IMG/VR virus record: IMGVR_UViG_3300040985_001130 | Coordinates: 1-35,092 of that record | DNA: 35,092 bases | Strand: one strand, 5' to 3' | Source: a virus | Taxonomy: Duplodnaviria > Caudoviricetes | Translations under genes and position numbers: made by a program | Notes under the pieces: model-generated | The model's database searches: none | Told to the model about the DNA's origin: nothing | What the model saw: the letters and a program-made list of their open reading frames with translations, nothing else | Part shown: in pieces, positions 27,751 through 35,092 of the stretch | Position numbering within the stretch: position 1 is the first letter of the stretch | Layout of the letters: each line of letters begins with the position of its first letter

Positions 27751-29925
27751 ATGAGCCACGAGAAGAAGATTAATGTTAAGAGTATCCCAGAGATCTTAGA
27801 GATCAAAAGGGGTGACTATCTTATTGTTGAGACAGAAGCTTCTGGTACACGTATAATAGATTTTGAGAATTTTATATTAGATGAGACTAATACGACATTT
27901 GAACCATTATTATCAACACTAAAGACAGATATTAAGAGCCTATCGGCGATCACTGTATCGGTCAGTGCTACAAGCGTAGAATTAAATACCCTCGTAACTC
28001 AAGTGTCTGGACTAACTGGGTTAGATTGGAGAGATGTCTGGGACGCATCAGCCACGTATGAAGTATTAGATTCAGTATTTTACGAAAAGAGCTCATTCGT
28101 TGCTGTAGCTGATAATACTAACCAAGCACCAATAGTTGCTGGTGCATTAAATTCTGGTTACTGGGGATATCTAGCTAAAGGTGCAACAGTAACACTATCA
28201 GCATATGGTGATTTATCGATTGGAGATGGCGCTGGTAGTAGCAAGAGACTTGAAGTTGGCGCTTCAGGATATGTATTAAAATCACAAGGGTCGGCTGCTG
28301 ATCCGGTTTGGGCTCAAGAAGATACAGGTAGCGGTAGAAACTACTGCAGTAAATTGTCTATAGGTTCTTATACATCAAATAATACAAACGATAGCTTTCA
28401 TTACGTAATGGCTGATGGAGATGTTCGTGGCAGTGGTGAAGGTTATGGACTAGGAGCCGGGTTTAATGAATCATATGATCACGCGGCATACAATCCACAA
28501 CCAGTAACATTCCCTGCAGACTACGACAGGCAATCTGCAGATCATACCGTAAAGGATGTATATAGAGGTTACTACCAAACATTTATTCTCACCGAGGGTG
28601 GTCACGTATACAGTGCCGGTCAGAACGGAGTAGGTCAATCGGGCATAGGTAGTACAACAGTTACTTATACATTCCAGAAAATAACCTTCCCAGACTCTGG
28701 TGTAAAAATTCGTGAGATTGTGATGTCGACTGATGATGGCTCCTCCGGGGCTACCAATTATTTTATTGCCGAGGGCCACGGCAGTGCACCAAACGATGGT
28801 CGAGTTTATGCCTGCGGTGATAATAACAGCGGACAAATAGGTGATGGTACTACAACGGATAGAACATCCCCTACTCGTGTCGGTTCATTAGTAGGCGTTG
28901 AGAAGCTCTGGGCATGGGGCGGAGCAGACACATCAACGTTCGCCCGCTTAAGTGGTGGAGACTTTTACGCCTGGGGCGATGTGGCATATAATGGCAACCG
29001 CGGAGTACACGCAGCTGATGGAAGTGTAGCTGCTAACGTTCTGGCCCCGGTAAAGCAAGGTACGGATGGATTTAAGCCAGGAGATGCTACTGCTCCATAT
29101 GGTCTTCATGGTGTAGATGATATGCGAGTTCATCGATCATCTAATGGTAGTGATTATTATAGTTCCACCTTTGCACTATTAACTAGCGGTCATGTATATG
29201 GGATTGGGTACAATGATGGCTCTCTACAAATGGGTGTAGGTCACTCCACTAATAATGTAACCCTGTTCACGGTAATACCTTCAGTTAGTGCAGCATACGC
29301 TCTCGACACACATCCTGGTAGCACGGTGAGTTCAGCAATTGCTACATGCTCCGCAATTGAGGGCGGTAGCTGGAACTCAACGACAATGATATATGAAGGC
29401 TTCACAGATCAAACATCAGTATCTGGTGTTAAGTTGATAGGCTGGGGTCGTAACGATACAGGTGCACTTGGTGATGGTACTGTAACAGCATTCCCTGTAC
29501 CTCGAATCATGAACAACTATCTACCAACTGCACTATGTGCTTCGGTGTCATCGGTGATATGCGAGAAGCACTCAAGAAGTAACAATGGAGCAGTAACGTA
29601 CATTAGAGATTTATCTGGTTATTATTGGTTCTCAGGTAATAACGGTTACGGACTAGATACACAGAACGACGGTGGCACATCATTAGCAAATGTTACTACC
29701 TTTAAGAAAATATCACTACCGGTGCATCCAAGTGAAATAAAAGACTTCCAGGTTGTAGTACCGTGGTTTGCCTCAGCAGCGGGTTATATGTCAGCAATTT
29801 TATTAACTCATAATGGTAGAGTATTCAACATAGGGTATGGACAAGGCTGGCTCTTTGGCAACGGCTATAATGAGAGTGCTGTATCAAATCACGCGAAGAG
29901 CTCCTGGCATCAAGTAAAATTCTAA
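27751..29925 (+). CDS. paralogous putative tail fibre / receptor-binding protein with a CBM5/12-like motif and RCC1/BLIP-II repeats
   Basis: Same architecture as the previous gene; repeats GHVYSAGQNGVGQSGIG, GRVYACGDNNSGQIGDG, GWGRNDTGALGDG. Confidence 0.75.
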   Translation: MSHEKKINVKSIPEILEIKRGDYLIVETEASGTRIIDFENFILDETNTTFEPLLSTLKTDIKSLSAITVSVSATSVELNTLVTQVSGLTGLDWRDVWDASATYEVLDSVFYEKSSFVAVADNTNQAPIVAGALNSGYWGYLAKGATVTLSAYGDLSIGDGAGSSKRLEVGASGYVLKSQGSAADPVWAQEDTGSGRNYCSKLSIGSYTSNNTNDSFHYVMADGDVRGSGEGYGLGAGFNESYDHAAYNPQPVTFPADYDRQSADHTVKDVYRGYYQTFILTEGGHVYSAGQNGVGQSGIGSTTVTYTFQKITFPDSGVKIREIVMSTDDGSSGATNYFIAEGHGSAPNDGRVYACGDNNSGQIGDGTTTDRTSPTRVGSLVGVEKLWAWGGADTSTFARLSGGDFYAWGDVAYNGNRGVHAADGSVAANVLAPVKQGTDGFKPGDATAPYGLHGVDDMRVHRSSNGSDYYSSTFALLTSGHVYGIGYNDGSLQMGVGHSTNNVTLFTVIPSVSAAYALDTHPGSTVSSAIATCSAIEGGSWNSTTMIYEGFTDQTSVSGVKLIGWGRNDTGALGDGTVTAFPVPRIMNNYLPTALCASVSSVICEKHSRSNNGAVTYIRDLSGYYWFSGNNGYGLDTQNDGGTSLANVTTFKKISLPVHPSEIKDFQVVVPWFASAAGYMSAILLTHNGRVFNIGYGQGWLFGNGYNESAVSNHAKSSWHQVKF

Positions 29926-29931
29926 TAAATA
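29924..29931 (+). promoter_or_regulatory. T4-late-type promoter AATAAATA
   Basis: Ends 6 nt before ATG 29938. Confidence 0.6.
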
Positions 29932-29937
29932 ATTAAA

Positions 29938-30339
29938 ATGGCAGCAGTAATATTAAAATACAAGGTAGACAATGGTGATCAATACCGAGTCCGCGGTATC
30001 AATTACTCCGGTACAGGTAGAGTACACACTATCGGCTCTAAAGAAGGTTATATGTACATCTCCATACCAGGAGAAACAGTAACATCATATTTACCACAGC
30101 CAGATGAAGTAGATATTAGTGTTGTAACCGTTACTCCTACAGTATCCAGTGATATGTGTAAATGGGGAAGTGTGTTCTTATCGATTGATAAGCGTACCCG
30201 GAGAGCGATTAGAGACAGATATTCCATAGATGAAGAATTTAAAGCATTGCGAACAGCTGATACAGAGTACAGTGATTTTGTTGAAGAGCTGATATCGACC
30301 GGTAAACAAGAGAAATTGGAAATATTAGGTTTATCCTAG
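29938..30339 (+). CDS. small fibre-associated protein, possible tail fibre chaperone
   Basis: 133 aa directly after two fibre genes; helical C-terminus IRDRYSIDEEFKALR...EYSDFVEE. Function inferred from position. Confidence 0.5.
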   Translation: MAAVILKYKVDNGDQYRVRGINYSGTGRVHTIGSKEGYMYISIPGETVTSYLPQPDEVDISVVTVTPTVSSDMCKWGSVFLSIDKRTRRAIRDRYSIDEEFKALRTADTEYSDFVEELISTGKQEKLEILGLS

Positions 30340-30340
30340 T

Positions 30341-30361
30341 ATTAAGAAATGTTTTCTTAAT
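30341..30361. terminator. AT-rich hairpin just after the stop codon; possible terminator or processing site
   Basis: ATTAAGAAA-TGT-TTTCTTAAT, a 9-bp perfect stem with no real U-tract. Confidence 0.3.
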
Positions 30362-30380
30362 TCGGTAATCTGCGTCCTGC

Positions 30381-30388
30381 AATAAATA
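30381..30388 (+). promoter_or_regulatory. T4-late-type promoter AATAAATA
   Basis: Ends 9 nt before ATG 30398. Confidence 0.65.
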
Positions 30389-30397
30389 TTAATGTAG

Positions 30398-33300
30398 ATG
30401 CAAATACCTGATTATCATTATGCCAACGTCAGACCAGTAACTGGTGACTATGCGTTAGATGAAGATGTATCTCTGAAGTACATCAACGATAATATCAATG
30501 ACGGTATTAATATAACGTTTATTAATGCTCTAAGCAGCCTACAGTCTGCATCTTCTAATAACTTCAATACGCTTTATTTAACTGAGCCGAAGTATATACA
30601 TGATATATTAGAGATCAAGACGCCCAAGCCTAGCTACCCGGTATATACGTGCACATATTTAAAGGCGAGCTCCAACAATTACTGGACTGTTGACCCAGTA
30701 ACCAACATGGTAATGGTTACGGGTACTGATACACTTGATAATCGAAATTTCTTCGAATTAGAGCTACTCGATAATAGTACCGCGGCAATTAGACATTATG
30801 ACGGTACCAACTTAAAATACCTTACTTTAACACCAACTAATTCTTCTGCTCTTAAATTCGAAACAAGAAATGAGGCAGTAAATAGTCTGCACGACACCCA
30901 GCTGTTTACATACGTTCTAACTGATAACAGCATCTCACTGACATCTGCTATATTTAACGGTTCATCGTTAGTAGAGCCATCCGTTATTCGGTTCAATGAC
31001 GCGACAGATAGGATATCTGCACACCCAATTGGGACTTACCTAATAAACACAGGGTATGATACAGCAAACAGGTTTGAAATCAGAACAGCATATACAGCAC
31101 CTGATTCATTAGATATACAGAACACATGGCTTAGCTACGTTAGTTCGGGTGGTAGCAGTCTTGCAACAGCTGATATATCATCGTCACATAGTAGTATACA
31201 AAACAACTTCATAACTACGACGTCTACAAATGAGCTATCTACGTCGATGGCTATGAATTTATTACCATTGAAGAATCAGCTGACTATTAATGGTAACCAG
31301 CCTAGAGGTAACCCATATCATACTACTGAGAATGAGACAACTCATAGGGTATATCGTGGGCTACATACAGGCACGCATCAGGAATTTGGCGATGATAACA
31401 TCTCGTTAAATTATATTAGTGGTGTTACTGATATGATCTTCCCGGCAAATAACGTAACATACTTTCATATGCCGAGTATAATCGACCCGTATGTCAAGCT
31501 CAACGTTAATGATTCTCAGCTCATTAAATGCGGTGCCATCGCAGGTGATACGCCGATGAGATCTGACAAGATATATAAGAAGCGTAGTGATGACCACAAT
31601 TTGCGCAATATAACAGACATAATAGACAATACATGGTTATGTACCTGGTTATCAGGCAATGGTGACCCAGCATCGACACCGCGTTGGGTTGACAGATATA
31701 TCAACCCAGAGGTTGTTACCTACAGTCAAGGTCTATCCTCAACAGCATACGTCTCTGAGTACACTAGTAAAGTATCATCTGTTATCGAAAAGCTCTCCGC
31801 ACAGAATATAAGGATATTCGATACATTAAGTGAACTAGTATTTGAACCCAACGCACTGTACGCGTACCATCATATTGGAAATAGAGATAGTGAGCGAATG
31901 ATATTGAGCTTGGATGGCAACACAATAGTTGATGATAGTAGCCTATCATATAAGACGATGGGCGGTACATCTGTCGACCCTGAATATATTATCGACGGAC
32001 CTTCGCATACTATGGCAGACGGTGTGCCTATGACAGGAGAAGTTCACACTTCGTCTAGTATTAATATACCCAAGACTTACAGATTCAATAACAACAGGTA
32101 CGTCTTGACACCAACAATAGACCATAGAGGTTCATTCTCGATTAATTTCTGGATGTACAACGATGACTGGACGGTACCGTTCGGTGACCAGATCGTAGGC
32201 AATTATACAACCCACGGTATCGGTATATTCAATGAACCATTCGTTACACCACTAATAACATTTCCAGATAGCGATAAAGTGCACATATATAATAGTGAAT
32301 ATGAGTATATCGATACACACTCTGTAGAGGTACCTATTACACACTTCACCCGGCGAGGATCAACAGGTAATTATTGGTTTGTCGGTAATAACAATGACAT
32401 ATATGAATACAACGTTGCAGGTATTATTCAAAATAAGATCAGCAGTACACACTTAACGGATAAGACAATATACGATATTGAAGTGGATGAGGATTTCGTA
32501 TATGCTATTACTGGCGTCGAGGGCAATTCAGCTAGATACTTTAAGTTTGACTTACAGAATCAAGTCGCCGGTTATCAAGGAGAAAGTCGATCTGCAGATA
32601 TATGGAACTATAATAATTTATCATCAGACTATACTCTGAGGATACATAGCATGAAAGGTGGATTATCCGGCAATGCTTATGGATATGTAAATCCTGAATC
32701 GCCTGTTATTATCGTTGGCCCTGATGCAGGGTTGTCTCAAGGAAGTGTTATCGATAGCTACGGTTACCCTTGGGTAATTCAGAACAACTATCTATACACA
32801 TATGATACATCTGTATCTAGTAATATAATTGGTGTTAGTGCTGCTGGTACTGATAGCCTTGAATGTGTGAATTGTGATAGGAGCAATAGCATATGGTTAT
32901 TATACGGAGACAGTAAGATAGCTAAATTAGACAGTGATAGAAACATAACGTTCTCTACTGATCTATCATCTACACCTTATCAGTCAACACGTTATATAGA
33001 TTTTGTACATGAATTTACTCCTAATGGTTACGAGAATCAGGTAACAATATTAAATCAGACATTATCTGGATGTAAAGGGTTTGTATTAGATAGCAGTACA
33101 GGAAAAGTTGACACTACAACATCTATACTGACCGGTACGGCTCCGGTGACACACTTTGCAACGCCACTGTCATCATACAGCCTCAAGACGTCAACTGGAT
33201 TTGATTATATCAGGAAGCACCAATCGACAACAAGGCCTCGATTGGATGCAAAGATATCATTAACCAACCTATACAATAGCTCCACAACAACTGCAGCTTT

Positions 33301-33985
33301 CTCTAGCTATACACTCTCTGTGGATTTATCTACGTTTGATCCTGGGTGGCATAATATATGTGTAAATCTAGATACTGAGAACGGGTTATATAGTATGTAC
33401 GTAGACTCAGCATTAATCGATAATATAGATCTTGAAGCTGGTAAGTTCGTATATAACAATGCATTCACAATGCCACTAACCATCGGAGCGTCTCCGTTCT
33501 TAGGTACATCGCTACCCATATCCAGAACTACAAATCAACCCGGTTATTACTACATCGACAATGCGATGATCAATAGATTGAAGATATACAATAAGGCGCT
33601 AAGCGTATCTGATATACAATGTCACTATAACGCAAACAATGCGATAAGTGATGTAGTATGGCCATTACCTACAGGTCAACGCAGTTATGTAGATACAGTA
33701 GAACGAGTATTTAAGCACAGACTGCCCGGTAGGAGAAGTGAAATCTTTAACATAAACGTTAATGGTATATCTACTACAGATACCTCATTCAAAGAAGACA
33801 TGGAGGTACATATACGTAAAGAGCTAGATAAAGTGCTACCAGCATATACCAGGCTTAATAAGCTAATATGGGACAATTCTGATACATTGGTACAAGCAGC
33901 GACCGGTACGTCAGTATCTGTTAGCGCTCCTATAACTAGCTCAACATCTACATCTCCAGGAGGGTCACAATCATATGGCTATTAA
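30398..33985 (+). CDS. large virion protein with a LamG/ConA-like domain and beta-propeller-like repeats
   Basis: GSFSINFWMY ... GWHNICV...YSMYVD...PLTIGA...INRLKIYNKALS...I..HY; C-terminal KVLPAYTRL. Confidence 0.7.
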   Translation: MQIPDYHYANVRPVTGDYALDEDVSLKYINDNINDGINITFINALSSLQSASSNNFNTLYLTEPKYIHDILEIKTPKPSYPVYTCTYLKASSNNYWTVDPVTNMVMVTGTDTLDNRNFFELELLDNSTAAIRHYDGTNLKYLTLTPTNSSALKFETRNEAVNSLHDTQLFTYVLTDNSISLTSAIFNGSSLVEPSVIRFNDATDRISAHPIGTYLINTGYDTANRFEIRTAYTAPDSLDIQNTWLSYVSSGGSSLATADISSSHSSIQNNFITTTSTNELSTSMAMNLLPLKNQLTINGNQPRGNPYHTTENETTHRVYRGLHTGTHQEFGDDNISLNYISGVTDMIFPANNVTYFHMPSIIDPYVKLNVNDSQLIKCGAIAGDTPMRSDKIYKKRSDDHNLRNITDIIDNTWLCTWLSGNGDPASTPRWVDRYINPEVVTYSQGLSSTAYVSEYTSKVSSVIEKLSAQNIRIFDTLSELVFEPNALYAYHHIGNRDSERMILSLDGNTIVDDSSLSYKTMGGTSVDPEYIIDGPSHTMADGVPMTGEVHTSSSINIPKTYRFNNNRYVLTPTIDHRGSFSINFWMYNDDWTVPFGDQIVGNYTTHGIGIFNEPFVTPLITFPDSDKVHIYNSEYEYIDTHSVEVPITHFTRRGSTGNYWFVGNNNDIYEYNVAGIIQNKISSTHLTDKTIYDIEVDEDFVYAITGVEGNSARYFKFDLQNQVAGYQGESRSADIWNYNNLSSDYTLRIHSMKGGLSGNAYGYVNPESPVIIVGPDAGLSQGSVIDSYGYPWVIQNNYLYTYDTSVSSNIIGVSAAGTDSLECVNCDRSNSIWLLYGDSKIAKLDSDRNITFSTDLSSTPYQSTRYIDFVHEFTPNGYENQVTILNQTLSGCKGFVLDSSTGKVDTTTSILTGTAPVTHFATPLSSYSLKTSTGFDYIRKHQSTTRPRLDAKISLTNLYNSSTTTAAFSSYTLSVDLSTFDPGWHNICVNLDTENGLYSMYVDSALIDNIDLEAGKFVYNNAFTMPLTIGASPFLGTSLPISRTTNQPGYYYIDNAMINRLKIYNKALSVSDIQCHYNANNAISDVVWPLPTGQRSYVDTVERVFKHRLPGRRSEIFNINVNGISTTDTSFKEDMEVHIRKELDKVLPAYTRLNKLIWDNSDTLVQAATGTSVSVSAPITSSTSTSPGGSQSYGY

Positions 33986-35063
33986 TAAGACACAACACAC
34001 AACAATGCCAGATGCTGCTCCCCTCGTATTGAGCGCTAGTATTGACGCAGATGTTAAAGGTGCCTTTGTTATGGACAGGTATCTAGGTGATACATTGCAG
34101 TTACCGTACACGTTTGATGAGATAAAGATAAAAACCAACGACCTATGTACCTCAGATACATATAATGGTAGTATATATAAACTGTATTACAATTTTTTAT
34201 ATTTAAACGCTCAAACTAAGATAGCATCCAATAAGTTCCCGCAATCATATAAGGGATATATTGCGTCCACTGTGGCAAGTACAAGTGCTAATGTCGGTTG
34301 GTATTCATCGTCTAATGCTAGCAGTCAGGCAGCAGTTGCCCTTAACGGTACCAATGGCACTATTCTATCTGGAATAGTTGATGGCGCGTTTGTAAAGGAA
34401 CTAGGCACATCAATTGACTTCGTCGGTGTAGTCGCTAATAGCTTGACGTTAATAGCTTTATCAGGTAATTCTACTAACTCGACCACCGGTATACGTTTAA
34501 ATACAAAATTCGTTGAAGATGCAACATCACTATCTTTTACTGATATAAAATCTCTAGCAATAAACAGTGACAATAACTTGTTTGTATGTAACGGTACCAA
34601 TATACATAAGTTTGATATCGACGCAGTACTGACAACCAATCCAGCGATTGGATCTATCGGTAGGTTCTTGATAAAGACCATTGGCGGTGCCAGTACTGAC
34701 ATATACGCAAAAGCTAAGTTCGGTAACCCTATTAGCGTAAGAATTGACTCCAATGATAACGTGCATGTTTTGGACAAAGAGCATAACGGTTACAAAGTAT
34801 ACGACAGAGACTTAAACTGGATGTCAACAACATACACAAAGCATACGTCTGGTACTCTAGTTGATATGGATGTAGACAGATCAGACGACAATGTATACAT
34901 TCTAAATACAGCAGGCGGCATATTTCGATATGATACTCAAGGCCAATTAGTCACTAAGTATTATCTCGATGACATACTTGATACTGACGAGACATTTACT
35001 AAGTTGAGATTTTCAAAGATTGATGACGATATACTCTACATATTGACAACAAATAATGTATAC
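33975..35063 (+). CDS. NHL / beta-propeller repeat protein, 3'-truncated
   Basis: KFGNPISVRIDSNDNVHVLD, LAINSDNNLFV, MDVDRSDDNVYIL. The apparent end LSLIHI* is adapter sequence. Confidence 0.75.
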
Positions 35064-35092
35064 CTGTCTCTTATACACATCTGACGCTGCCG
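35064..35092 (+). other. Nextera adapter (Tn5 mosaic end plus adapter tail), sequencing artefact
   Basis: CTGTCTCTTATACACATCT (35064-35082) followed by GACGCTGCCG at the contig end. Confidence 0.98.

Noticed and set aside
25608-29925. Diversity-generating retroelement or invertible fibre cassette
   Set aside because: No reverse transcriptase or invertase in the window, and I saw no near-identical TR/VR pair or flanking inverted repeats; the paralogs look anciently diverged.
512-30388. TAAATA as an archaeal TATA box, or gp44 as archaeal RFC
   Set aside because: An archaeal TATA box lies about 25-30 nt upstream of the start site; here the motif is 6-10 nt from the ATG, matching a -10 element.
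1164-34784. Many 60-225 aa antisense or nested ORFs in the track
   Set aside because: They lie within well-supported genes and show no motifs or promoters; treated as shadow ORFs.
1-35092. tRNAs, CRISPR arrays, introns/inteins, homing endonucleases
   Set aside because: Intergenic gaps are all under about 75 nt, no repeat-spacer pattern was seen, and the conserved genes read uninterrupted.

Overview
A fragment of a large T4-like (contractile-tailed) bacteriophage genome, translated in standard code 11, densely coding and mostly on the + strand. Order: tail tube terminator (gp3-like, 5'-truncated), sheath (gp18), tube (gp19), gp54-like tube initiator, two gp26-like hub/chaperone paralogs (the first apparently fused to a gp51-like segment), a Trp-rich tape-measure candidate, then gp48-, gp53- and gp27-like baseplate genes. 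A small mixed island follows: small terminase (gp16-like, - strand), dUTPase, clamp-loader ATPase gp44, and a - strand late gene pair that includes an unannotated 46-aa Cys-rich metallothionein-like ORF. After it come gp25, gp6 and about 17 kb of large peripheral baseplate/fibre genes with PKD, beta-propeller, L-type lectin, LamG, CBM5/12-like and RCC1-like domains. Twelve T4-late-type TAAATA elements sit only 6-10 nt before start codons with no Shine-Dalgarno, implying near-leaderless late mRNAs. The last 29 nt are Nextera/Tn5 adapter. All family calls come from reading motifs by eye; no database search was run.
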